A DNA stretch of 63,957 nucleotides, the filler included, from Lama guanicoe (lineage: Eukaryota), in the NCBI GenBank assembly GCA_013239625.1. It is 93 parts of 93 records of this genome, joined end to end, with 100 filler letters (N's around TTAATTAATTAA, not from the genome) between each part and the next. Parts side by side here need not be neighbours in the genome. Positions count along the whole stretch, not along the records: positions 24,239 to 24,810 come from PNXV01028555.1; positions 24,911 to 25,419 come from PNXV01028556.1; positions 25,520 to 26,441 come from PNXV01028557.1; positions 26,542 to 26,990 come from PNXV01028558.1; positions 27,091 to 27,508 come from PNXV01028559.1; positions 27,609 to 28,119 come from PNXV01028561.1; positions 28,220 to 28,441 come from PNXV01028562.1; positions 28,542 to 29,472 come from PNXV01028563.1; 85 more parts are not named here. One strand, written 5' to 3'. Position numbers and translations under genes: made by a program. Below are positions 24,139 through 35,392 of this stretch, piece by piece. Numbering within the stretch: the first letter of the stretch is position 1; every line of letters starts with the position of its first letter. The notes under the pieces are model-generated. The model made no database searches and was not told the origin of the DNA. It saw only the letters and a program-made list of their open reading frames with translations.

Positions 24139-24910
24139 NNNNNNNNNNNNNNNNNNNNNNNNNNNNNNNNNNNNNNNNNNNNTTAATTAATTAANNNNNN
24201 NNNNNNNNNNNNNNNNNNNNNNNNNNNNNNNNNNNNNNAAGAGCAGGTCAGCCTCACTGGGTATGAACTCAGCCCCTTGCAAAGAGACAGGGAGACGGGG
24301 AGAGAAGTGGGAACAGCTGGAAAACGCCTGGGGCAGTTTCCTCTAGTGCTACGTTTGGGGAAGCCCTCTTTGTGGACAGCAACGATTTGTCACAAGAAAA
24401 CTCCAGCTAAACGCGTGGGCCTTTCTTCAGTTCTGGCACTTACTGTGTTTTGAAGTAAATATGTTTACAGCTACATTTAAAAAGAAAATCTCTCTTCCTA
24501 CTATTTTTGTTATCAAATATGGAGGAGGGTGTGGTGCATGAAGGGAAGGGTCCCAGTTGAGTAAATTCTTAATACACAGGCTGCGGTTGGAGATACACAG
24601 AAATCTGCTCAAGTCTTTTAAAAGTTAATGACTCAGCTTGTCTTTTCCTTAGACTTTGGTGTCCATCAACTTCTAAACTTGGACTTTGCCAAGGGTTGGG
24701 GAGGACTAATAAATAACTATAAACCATTTGAGCAGGAGACCAAGCCTTCTGGGAAGGAAGGGCACACCCCTCCCCCCTTTTTTAAAACAAGTTCTCACTG
24801 ATCAGCAAGTNNNNNNNNNNNNNNNNNNNNNNNNNNNNNNNNNNNNNNNNNNNNTTAATTAATTAANNNNNNNNNNNNNNNNNNNNNNNNNNNNNNNNNN
24901 NNNNNNNNNN

Positions 24911-25419
24911 AGGAAGCAGACTGAGAAACCAGAGAAAGTGTTTCTCCTGCAACCCGTTTACATTGTGCTGGATGAACGAACATCTGTCCACATGCTCAAT
25001 TCTGAAAGTTAAGTGTGTGTGAAAGCCGTCCTTCACAAATCTTGTAGGGAACACAAAGTTTCTTTTCAATATCAAACTCCACACCATACAAATATATGGG
25101 GATTTGCAAGCTCCAACTCGGAATTACTGTGAAAACCGCCGGAAATTCCAACCGGCACTAGGAACAGAGAGAGAACCAAGTGTAAGTTATTCTCCTGCAA
25201 CCCGTTTACATTGTGCTGGATGAACGAACATCTGTCCACATGCTCAATTCTGAAAGTTAAGTGTGTGTGAAAGCCGTACTTCACCTAGCTTGAAGGGAAC
25301 ACAAAGTTTCTTTTCAATATCAAACTCCACACCATACAAATATATGGGGATTTGCAAGCTCCAACTCGGAATTACTGTGAAAACCGCCGGAAATTCCAAC
25401 CGGCACTAGGAACAGAGAG
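24911..25419 (+). repeat. 248-bp tandem satellite, ~2 monomers
   Basis: AACCCGTTTACATTG at 24951/25199 and CAAACTCCACACC at 25073/25321. Confidence 0.95.
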
Positions 25420-26569
25420 NNNNNNNNNNNNNNNNNNNNNNNNNNNNNNNNNNNNNNNNNNNNTTAATTAATTAANNNNNNNNNNNNNNNNNNNNNNNNN
25501 NNNNNNNNNNNNNNNNNNNCCTCAACAATCGTATTGCGATTAATACTGAAAAAGTTAGAAAAACATGACGATGTGAAATATACCAGAAAGCACGTCTGCT
25601 GTTCAGAGAGAGGATTTCTCTCCCTGCTGATACAGTAATAGTCAAAGATTCAAGTGTTTAGTGATTCACTGATTTGTTAAAAAACTAGTGGCGGCATTGC
25701 TCCTGTGTGCCACGTGTGATCACGGCTGGCCACGCAGTCTTTTTTCCTCCTTCACTGGTAAACTGAGAATTATGATCACAGCCACCTCATAAATGTGCTG
25801 TGCCAATTCAATGTATGAATGCATGCGACACCCTTTAAAAGTACTTGGGGGCAAAGTAATAATACTCAGTAATGGTAGGTATCTTATTATAATTAAAATT
25901 AATGTTTGTTAGGAGAGATGAGAGGGTTTAAATAATTACAGGTAAAACATTCTGGGCATTCAAAAGAGAAAGAAATGATTTCTTCCGAAGCGCCCCCTCC
26001 TCCTTCTCTAGTTCTGTTGTCTTCACTCTTCCTCCCTTCCTTGTCACCTCGGAGGGTAGCCTGACTGGGAAAGAGCTGGAGTTTTCACTCACACAGACCC
26101 TGGTGTCTCAGGTCTGCTCCTGAGAGGATCCTTCAGCAGGCTGCTCCTTCTCCCCAAGACCTGGCTTCTTGTTACAAGATGCGTAAAATGTCTGATGCGT
26201 GATGACATTTGTGAATGTTGATTTGTCATAAGAGGCTCGTTTTAATAAAATTTAAGATTGACTTAATCTGTGATGTTAGGAAAAAAGAAGATTTTGAAAA
26301 TCAAAGAGAATTCCTTAAGGTACTAATAACTCAACTGACTCTATTAAAACATAAAGAATACGTTGAAGAACATAATAAGGATTACTTAAAATGTACTAGT
26401 CACGTGTGGTGACCCTGAAAAGTCAGTATTGTAACTCACGANNNNNNNNNNNNNNNNNNNNNNNNNNNNNNNNNNNNNNNNNNNNTTAATTAATTAANNN
26501 NNNNNNNNNNNNNNNNNNNNNNNNNNNNNNNNNNNNNNNNNAGAATTGGCAAGAACAAGGCCTGACCTT

Positions 26570-26800
26570 GGTGGTTCACAGCTCAGACTTTGAAGCCAGA
26601 ATGCCGGATTTTAGATCCACATCACAACTGAGAATTCTCGGGCAAATTACTTAATCTCTCTTTACCCTGGTTTTTTCATCTGTAAAGTGGAAAAACTAAC
26701 AGTACTTACTTCACAGGACTGTTGTGAAGTTTAAATGAATATATGTAAATTAGAATATGTAGAACCTAGCACAAAGTAGGCATTTCAATTTCGTTCTTGT
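26570..26800 (+). mobile_element. MIR SINE
   Basis: Core GGGCAAATTACTTAATCTCTCTTTACCCTGGTTTTTTCATCTGTAAAGTGG. Confidence 0.8.
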
Positions 26801-27249
26801 TACTTTACAGGTTGTCTAAATAGGAACTATTGCAGAAGATTCTTATCAAAAGTAAATGAGGTTGAGATACATTAGGAGTGTTTTCAGGTCTGAAACTTTA
26901 ATGAAGAATGTTTATATCAGAATAGAAGAGTGAATGACTGTAATATGGTCATAAACGTGGGAGTGAAAAAGTCACCCTGGCGCACTTGGCNNNNNNNNNN
27001 NNNNNNNNNNNNNNNNNNNNNNNNNNNNNNNNNNTTAATTAATTAANNNNNNNNNNNNNNNNNNNNNNNNNNNNNNNNNNNNNNNNNNNNATGTTTTATT
27101 TGAATATAGTCCAGAAGACTTTTGAAAAACATGTCATGAGAGGGCTTTTAGCTGTAGCAAAGGGAAAGGCGTGTTGTAGGATTATTAGTTTGGCAGTAAA
27201 GAGTAACAAGGTAGTGATACAATATGAAAAATCCTCAAAAACTTTATTC

Positions 27250-27508
27250 TAAGGAAAAGAAGCCAATCACAAAAGATAGTATGTTGTTATCATTCTATTT
27301 GTATGAAATGCCCAGAAACAGCAATCTCTAGAGACAGAAAGATGAATGGTCACATGGGGGTGCAGCCAGGGACAAGAAGGGACAATATAAGAGCTCTTCT
27401 TTGGTAATGGAGATGTGCTAACACTGGTGCTGAGGGCCCAATAGCTCCATTTGCAAAAATTATTGGATTCTAGATTTGCAATGGGCGAGTTCTATGATAT
27501 GTAAATTA
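27250..27508 (+). mobile_element. L1MB/MC 3' UTR fragment
   Basis: GAAAAAGAAGCCAATCACAAAAGATAGTATG...ATGAAATGCCCAGAAA...TAGAGACAGAAAG. Confidence 0.7.
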
Positions 27509-28796
27509 NNNNNNNNNNNNNNNNNNNNNNNNNNNNNNNNNNNNNNNNNNNNTTAATTAATTAANNNNNNNNNNNNNNNNNNNNNNNNNNNNNNNNNNNN
27601 NNNNNNNNAGCAACACAAAATAAATATATCCCAAATGATGGGAGAGAGATATGACTGGCTGTCTCCACTGGTCCACTATTTCCTCTGGGGAATCTATTAA
27701 AGAGCCAGAACATCCTCTGCCTTTGGAACAGTTGCCAGATGGTGTCTAAGGTGTGTGAAGGTTGCAGACAAACTCCTCTGGGTCCCTCTCTCTGACCTAG
27801 TAAGCTGTTCCAGCCCAGAGGCTTGGGACAGCTAGACAGCCAACTATTTCAACTTTGACAGAGAGATGGGAGCAGGGAGGGTAACATCTGAATGGGAAAT
27901 GAAAGGAGAGAAAACTTCCTTGACTGACCTCTGGCTTCTAGAGTCCTGCAATTTCCTACTCTCTGCCCTAAAAGAAATGAAGTAAGGCTCAGTCTAGACA
28001 AAGAGCCATCTCCAGTCCTGGCAGGTACCAAAATAGTACTACTATTTCAATTTTGTAGATGAGCAAACAGAGGCTCCAAGAGATTAAGGAACTTGACATG
28101 TTAAATGGCATCTCCATGCNNNNNNNNNNNNNNNNNNNNNNNNNNNNNNNNNNNNNNNNNNNNTTAATTAATTAANNNNNNNNNNNNNNNNNNNNNNNNN
28201 NNNNNNNNNNNNNNNNNNNCCCACTTTCCCTAATCTCCATGTCGCTGTAGGGGGACTTGAGAGGAGGTATCCCCTCTGGGCAGGAATGGCTTGTTGAACA
28301 CTTGGACACCTGGTGGTCCTGTCATGGCCGCACCCAAGGACAGGGCTGATAAGGGGAAAGAGGAATCCTGAGGGGCATCTTCTCTGTGTCATTGGGAATA
28401 CAAGGCTCCCACTTTGTCAGCTTTTCTGCCCCTGAAGGAGGNNNNNNNNNNNNNNNNNNNNNNNNNNNNNNNNNNNNNNNNNNNNTTAATTAATTAANNN
28501 NNNNNNNNNNNNNNNNNNNNNNNNNNNNNNNNNNNNNNNNNAGGGTGATCGTTCTTTAAACACCTGCCATTCGCCAAGCACTGCGCCTACTGGCTTTACA
28601 GAAATGACCTCATAGGTGGGTGTATTTACACCGACAAGGGACTAATTCCCAGCAAGGTTAAGTAACTCGCTCAAGGTCATCCAGATAACGAGGACTAGGA
28701 GCAAGCTTTGCGCTCATACCTCTGTGGTTCCAAACCCCATAGTCCTTCCATCACGCTGTGGAGCCAACCCCGGGTTGGGGAAGCAAGGCACCAGGC

Positions 28797-28968
28797 TTCC
28801 CCAAGTGTGGCCCTCAAACCAGCCACATCAGTGAGTTTAACAGGAACCTGTTAGAAATGCAGATTCTCAGACCCCACCCCAGACCCTCTGGGGGTGGCCC
28901 CAACGAGTGATGTGAGTCTTTCCCAGCCGTCCTGGTGAGCCTGAAACACACCAAAGTTTGAGAACCTG
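28797..28968. mobile_element. MER5A DNA transposon relic
   Basis: TTCCCCAAGTGTGGCCC...TGTTAGAAATGCAGATTCTCAGACCCCACCCCAGACC...AAAGTTTGAGAACC. Confidence 0.85.
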
Positions 28969-29734
28969 TGCACGGGGCCAAACATTCTTAAGCGTGTTTA
29001 ATGAAGGACCTCTCAGCCCACATCTACTACCTCCCTTGCCTCTCTTCTCCTTCAAACGGAAACAGTAGTCGTAGAAGGGCTTTCTAGGAAGGACCTGGAG
29101 CTGCTGTGGTGACTCTGCCATCAGCAGCATCACAGTAAGTTCACACCAGTCCACATGGAACAGGGATGTTCACAGATGCTCTTGCCCTGATCTGAAAATG
29201 GTCCCACAGAGCCTGCCCCAAGGGCCTGCTGGGAACAGCCTGTGCTTGTTTCCCCTCCCCTGGAGACCAGAGACCAGGAGGGCTATGAAGAGAGACTTCC
29301 TGTCCCTCTGTACTCAGCAGAATGTAAAAGAAAGGGGAGTGGATTTAGGGATCCAAAAAGGACTGTCACCATCCTTAATAAAGGAAATCCAGCAAGAAGG
29401 TCCCTAACTGGGCAGTTCCCCAAGGAAGCACGATCCATCACTTGCTTGTGCATTTTTAAACAATAGTAGCAGNNNNNNNNNNNNNNNNNNNNNNNNNNNN
29501 NNNNNNNNNNNNNNNNTTAATTAATTAANNNNNNNNNNNNNNNNNNNNNNNNNNNNNNNNNNNNNNNNNNNNGTGATCAAAATGACTTGGTTGCACTAGC
29601 AGTCATGCCAAAATTATATTGATAAACCTTTTTTTTGCTGTAGTGTTTAGATGATCTGACCAAAATCGAAACATAGTTGCTCTTTAGGACCCATACATGC
29701 TCAATGTCTTCAACACTGTTCATTTTTTTCTCAG

Positions 29735-29770
29735 ATGTAGGAAGCTTTGCTGTGTATATCCTAACAGTAA
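29735..29770 (+). CDS. CD46 (membrane cofactor protein)-like first transmembrane exon (36 bp, phase 1-1)
   Basis: tttttttctcag|ATGTAGGAAGC...ACAGTAA|gtaagt encodes (D)VGSFAVYILTV(I), equivalent to CD46 DVWVIAVIVIAI. Confidence 0.75.
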
Positions 29771-30268
29771 GTAAGTATCCCAAATTTTTATATCATTTAA
29801 ATCATAATGTAGTATAAAGAAATGCATTATTTTTTCAATGATTTTTCATTTGCTATAGTTTTAATAGCTTGAAATTAAGTAAAAACAGTCTAGAAAAACC
29901 CGACCTTTTACATGATACAGCACCACCATGCTGGTGACGGTACATGCTTTTTTATTCTGTATATCCACATGGTAATAAGCAGTAAAAAATAAATTTTTTT
30001 TTCAAGATGAGTAGTCATGCGGGTCTGTTTCTTGAATATGCTTTTGATTATTTCCTAAATTAAACAAGGAGTTGGACCTACTCTAAACTGTTTTAGTGAC
30101 TTCCAGGGAATTGGATTTAGATACTGAAGGGTCAAGATGGAATATAAATGCTTAAATAAAATAACATTTTCTGACCACGGAAATGTAGCTAACATTTATT
30201 TCTGCTGCTAGGTTTGGAATCTTGGTAATTAGTTAGTGACATGTCACTTGTTTCCTGTTTTCTTTCAG

Positions 30269-30425
30269 TTGTTGCCATTTTACTAGTTTTGGCCTGCCTG
30301 TACAGATGTCTTCAAAGAAGGAAGCAGCAGGAGAAGGAGAAGAAAGAAGAGGAGGAGAAAGAGAAGAAAGAGAAGGAAGAGAAGGAGGAGAAGGAAAAGA
30401 AAGAGAAGGAGGAGAAGGAGAAGAA
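30269..30425 (+). CDS. CD46-like second transmembrane/cytoplasmic exon, running into a Glu/Lys repeat, truncated by contig end
   Basis: ttttctttcag| phase 1: (I)VAILLVLACLYRCLQRRKQQEKEKKEEEEKEKK..., equivalent to CD46 [22 protein letters not shown]; splices in frame with 29735-29770. Confidence 0.75.
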
Positions 30426-30525
30426 NNNNNNNNNNNNNNNNNNNNNNNNNNNNNNNNNNNNNNNNNNNNTTAATTAATTAANNNNNNNNNNNNNNNNNNN
30501 NNNNNNNNNNNNNNNNNNNNNNNNN

Positions 30526-31050
30526 GTATCCACCATCTTTGTACCATACACAGTACTTTTACTGCCCTAAAAAGTCTCTGTGCTCTGCCTATACATTCCT
30601 CCTTACCCAACCTCTGGCAACTACTGATCCTTGTACTGTTTCCATAGTTTTTCCTTTTCCAGAATGTTTGACACTTGGAATCATACAGTATATAGCCTTT
30701 TCATGTTGGCTTCTTTTACTTGGTAATGTACATTTAAGGTTCCTCCATATGTTTTCATGGCCTGATAGCTCATTTCCTTTTCGTGCTGAATGATACTCCA
30801 TTGTCTGGATGTACCACAGTTTTTATTAAGATTCACTGACTGAAGGACATCTTGGTTGCTTCCACATTTTGGCAATTATGAATAAAGCTGGTGTGTACGT
30901 CTATGTGCAGATGTTTGCATGGACGTAAGTTTTCAGTTCATTTGGGTAAATATCAGGGGGCACGACTGCTGGATCATAAGAGTATGTTTAGTTTTGTAAG
31001 GAAATTGTCAAACTGTCTTCCAAATTGGTTGTAGCGTTTTGCATTCCCAC
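30526..31050 (-). mobile_element. L1MB/MC 3' region; duplicate C1 (near-identical to 41266-41791)
   Basis: Minus-strand MEYHSARK...NLKCTLPSKRSQHEKAIYCMIP is the L1 ORF2 C-terminus. Confidence 0.9.
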
Positions 31051-33277
31051 NNNNNNNNNNNNNNNNNNNNNNNNNNNNNNNNNNNNNNNNNNNNTTAATT
31101 AATTAANNNNNNNNNNNNNNNNNNNNNNNNNNNNNNNNNNNNNNNNNNNNGGGAGGAGAGGCAGGGTGGTCGGCAAGATCCTCAACAAAGGTGTTAGCTG
31201 CTGACTTTTTGGCCTGAGGGCTCAGCAGGGGGCAGAACCCGATCAGTGTTCAGTCACTTCTGTCTGATGTCAGAGACTGGAGAGGGTGGGAGGCGTAGGG
31301 ATGGGGGAGGATCTGACTCAAGGCCAGAGGAGGGGGCCTTAAAGGTCAGGCCTGCGGTGACCCCAGCTGGCCTGTAGTGGCCAAATGCTGGGCCCTCTCC
31401 TGCCTTCCAGTCCCATCCCCAGTGCACAGGTCCTACTGTCAGGCAGGGGCCCCCTGGGGACTCCCCTCCCCACCTCCTAAGGAATAAGGGAGGCCTTAGT
31501 AGGGGACCCTCTCTCCATCTGGTGACATCGTGGTAGTCAGAAGAGGAAGGTATCTGGGGACAGGAGGGTTTTCTGGGGGCCCTGTGTCAGGCCTTATGCC
31601 CCTTGAGGTCTCGGCCCCTCCTGCAGAGCTGGGCAGGTGTCAGGGAGAGCAGAGCCTTCCCCTGAGGAGGTGAGGGTGGGTGTGACTTCATTTCCTCGTG
31701 CCTGCAAAGTGCCTCGGCCTGCGAGCTGATGGGCTTGCTCTGGCTCCTTCAGTCCTGACAGCAGCTGGAGAGTGGGGACTGTCACACCCGGAGACAATCT
31801 GATTGAGATGCTGATTTATCTCAGGTTATAGGACCCGCACAGAAGGTAAAGATTTCTTCCAAGTCTGCTAATTCCAAACAAAGCCCATGGGAGTTTTTGG
31901 GTGATTCTTGTAATGTTGTTGTTGTTTCAGCCACTCCAGGCAGCACCCCCTCCCCTGCTGCCCTCCTCCCAGTTTGGTTCTGCAGATCTGCCTGAATATG
32001 GCCGCCTGTCTGGGGTGAGGCAACCCCCGGCCTCNNNNNNNNNNNNNNNNNNNNNNNNNNNNNNNNNNNNNNNNNNNNTTAATTAATTAANNNNNNNNNN
32101 NNNNNNNNNNNNNNNNNNNNNNNNNNNNNNNNNNGAAAAAAGTATAATTTCAGAGTACTATCAAAGATCCACTTTCTAGTTTCAGTTTGTACCCTAATTT
32201 GTGGTTCTGAAAATACACAAAAATTAACATGGTATTCACAGTAGTTGTGTACAGAAGCTGAAGATCACTGTGCAATATTAAACAATTCATCTATTACCCC
32301 AAAATGTGTATATATGCAAACCTATACATACCATACCTGAAAAGCATGATATTTATATTGGCAAATGAATTTTAATTGGATCCCAGAAGTGTGAAGACTT
32401 TTATTTTTATAGGTGTTAATAAATTTAAATTGTTAAAAATTAAATGAAAGCAGCATTATAATCATTTATATTTTAAAATGTTGTATCTTTATATGTTATT
32501 TTTATTTTGTCTTTTAATTTCACTAGATATTTTTGAAAGTTTATAAGATAATAACTTTTCATAAAATGCATGTGAAAAGTAATTTTAATATTTTATTCTA
32601 TCTAAATCTGTATTTTATAATATTATACTCACATTTGATATGCTGAATACAGTTACACTTTATTTTACTTTTTTTTGTTTACTATGGAGATATGAAAGTA
32701 TTGACTCATACATACTTATCACTCAGTCTTAACAACCTTTCCCTATCAACCATCATTCATTCCCCAATATTATTTTGAAACAAATGTGAATCATATCCTT
32801 TCATCCATTAATATTTCAGTTTGTATTATTAAACGATAAAAGTCATTTTAATAGTGTTACATCAAAACATATTAACAGGAATTACTTCATATTATGAAAT
32901 ATCTGGCTAGTTTTCAAAATTCCGTGGACTCATAAATGTTAAAACTTATTATTTTCATAATCCTTTTGAATTGGGATCACAATAAGTTCCACACATCGTA
33001 ATTGAGAGGTATATCTTAATTTTCTCTCTCTTTCTNNNNNNNNNNNNNNNNNNNNNNNNNNNNNNNNNNNNNNNNNNNNTTAATTAATTAANNNNNNNNN
33101 NNNNNNNNNNNNNNNNNNNNNNNNNNNNNNNNNNNGGAAAAAGAAAAGAAACCCCCTCCATCCATTGAGAACTATGGTGCTTTGCTCATCTCCCCCAGCT
33201 GGTGTATCTGTGAAACATTAGGGACTTCTGGACAAAAAAAAATGTCCAAGTCTCAGATAAATGACTTTCCTCTCCAG

Positions 33278-33559
33278 GTCTGGGTTCCAATCCTCATATT
33301 TTCATGGTGGGTCCAGAAGATGGAGGAATACGGCTGAAGTGCACAGGCAAAGGATGGTTTCCCCAGCCTGAAGTTCAGTGGAAAGATGCAAAGGAAGAGA
33401 GGATCCCGTCTCTCTCTGAAGACCAGACGCAAGATGATGATGGGTTGTTTCAGACTGAGGCGTCTCTCATTGTGAGAGACAGCTCAAAGACAGAAGTGTC
33501 CTGTTCCATGAAGAACCCCTTCTTTGGACAAGAGCAAGTGGAAACCATTTTTATCCCAG
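33278..33559 (+). CDS. Butyrophilin/BTNL-family IgC exon (282 bp, phase 1-1)
   Basis: ttcctctccag|GLGSNPHIFMVGPEDGGIRLKCTGKGWFPQPEVQWKD...DDGLFQTEASLIVRDSSKTEVSCSMKNPFFGQEQVETIFIP|gtcagt; BTN C-x3-GWFPxPxVxW motif and both Ig cysteines. Confidence 0.95.
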
Positions 33560-33730
33560 GTCAGTGTGCTCATTTGGGGGGCAATTCACGCAACAGTTAT
33601 TGAAGCACTGTTAAAAACATTAAAATGTAAGTAAGGGGGAAGTAAGGGGTGGGGGGGATACTGGGGACCTGGGATGGGATAGACTTGCTTGGTGTACGTT
33701 TTTGATCAGGTTTTGGGCACCCTGTGTCAG

Positions 33731-33898
33731 AACCCTTCTTCCCTAGGACCTCTCCTTGGAAGGTAGCATTCACTGTGACTTTCGTGATACTTGGGATTTC
33801 CATTGGTGCTATTGTGTATTTGGCTCTGAAAGAAAAACAGGAAAAGAAAAATGTATCAGAAGTTGAGAAGGAAAAGAAGAAAGAAAGAAAAGCCAAAG
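33731..33898 (+). CDS. Butyrophilin/BTNL transmembrane and juxtamembrane exon (168 bp, phase 1-1)
   Basis: tgtgtcag|EPFFPRTSPWKVAFTVTFVILGISIGAIVYLALKEKQEKKNVSEVEKEKKKERKAK|gtaaaa; in frame with the IgC exon. Confidence 0.92.
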
Positions 33899-34158
33899 GT
33901 AAAACTGNNNNNNNNNNNNNNNNNNNNNNNNNNNNNNNNNNNNNNNNNNNNTTAATTAATTAANNNNNNNNNNNNNNNNNNNNNNNNNNNNNNNNNNNNN
34001 NNNNNNNCAATGCTGACACAGAACATATTTGTCATTACAGAATGTTTTTCTGGATGGCTCAATAGATTAACCAACCATTGTGTTTAAAGCCAAAACTATT
34101 TTCCTCTCCATTAGCTCAAACTTCATACTTCTTTGTCTCATGTAGCATATGACACCAC

Positions 34159-34545
34159 CGCTATGGGCTGAGTTGCATCCCCTACCACCAGCGGCCCAGG
34201 TTCATATGATGAAGCTCTAGACCCCCACCGCAATGTGACTGTATTTGAAGATAGAGCCTTTAGAGAGAGAATTACAGTTAAATGAGATCATAGCATGGGA
34301 CCATAATCCAATAGGGCTGGCGTCCTTATAAGAAGAGAAGGGACCCCTGTCTCACAGTAAGGGCACGGGGCAAGACTCAGTGAGAAGGGGGCCACCTGTA
34401 AGCCAGGAACAAAGGTCTCACCAGAAACCATCCGTGATGGCACCTTGATCTTGAATTTTTGGATTTCAGAACTATGAGAAAAGAAATGTCTTGCTTAAGC
34501 CACCAGTCTGGCATTGTATTATGGAAGCCCAAGCAGGTTAATACA
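34159..34545 (+). mobile_element. MaLR solo LTR (MLT1A/B-like)
   Basis: GCTATGGGCTGAGTTGCATCCCC...TTCATATGATGAAGCTCTA...GCAGGTTAATACA. Confidence 0.85.
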
Positions 34546-35049
34546 AATGTTCTGTAACACTCCTGGCCAGGTAGGAANNNNNNNNNNNNNNNNNNNNNNN
34601 NNNNNNNNNNNNNNNNNNNNNTTAATTAATTAANNNNNNNNNNNNNNNNNNNNNNNNNNNNNNNNNNNNNNNNNNNNTGTGAGGAAGTCCAAATGGAGTA
34701 AAGTCACTCTTGGAACAGATGAATTACTTCAGTTACACAAGCATGCATGGTTGATTTCCTTGCAAAGCTTTTCCAAAGATCCATGCTTTACATGAGGTGT
34801 ATGAAATTCTACATTTTTGCATGGAAGAGCTAATTTCAGTCTTTGCAGAAGGAGTTTGCTGTTTGGAGATAATCTCTAAAAATTATGATTAAGCATTTGG
34901 CACTCAGCAAATTCACCACAGTTTATGTTCTTATGTACTTATGCTCATAAATACATGTATATGTGAATGTGTGTGTATTTAATTATGTGAAGGAATTAGA
35001 TTGAAATATGGGTCTGTTTCTTTACTCCACCCTGTACTCAGGCACATTG

Positions 35050-35392
35050 CCTTGAAGTCTCTCCCCTAAAGGTGAAACTTCCTTCCTCACCTTTAACTTT
35101 GTTATTAGCCCTTGACTTGCTCTGGCCAAAGGGGTGTTTGCAAACCTAATGCAAGTCAGGATTTGAAATATACTTGTGCAGTAAAATCTCCCTCTTGCAG
35201 TGTGGTCATTGCCGTGAGAAGAGCTCTCCTGGACCACAAGTGAAATGTAGTAAGTCAGCCCAGAACCACACAGCCAACCCAAGGTTAGCAGCATGGACTC
35301 CCCAGCCAATGCAAAAACCCATGAGAAGAAAATGTTTATTGGTGTATGCTGCTGGAATTCTTTGTTACTACACAGCCACTGCTGACCGGTGC
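35050..35392 (+). mobile_element. Old MaLR LTR (MLT1H/J-like) fragment
   Basis: TGACTTGCTCTGGCCAA...CATGAGAAGAAAATGTTTATTG...TTGTTACTACACAGC. Confidence 0.6.

Noticed and set aside
24911..25419. Homology of the 248-bp repeat to the 267-bp satellite
   Set aside because: Only short shared words (GTGTTCCCT, TTCCGG, GGAGCT) at non-collinear spacing
33597..33896. 99-aa minus-strand ORF
   Set aside because: Antisense shadow of the butyrophilin TM exon
29735..33898. Immune gene cluster of the CD46-like and BTNL fragments
   Set aside because: They lie on different contigs separated by linkers; proximity is arbitrary
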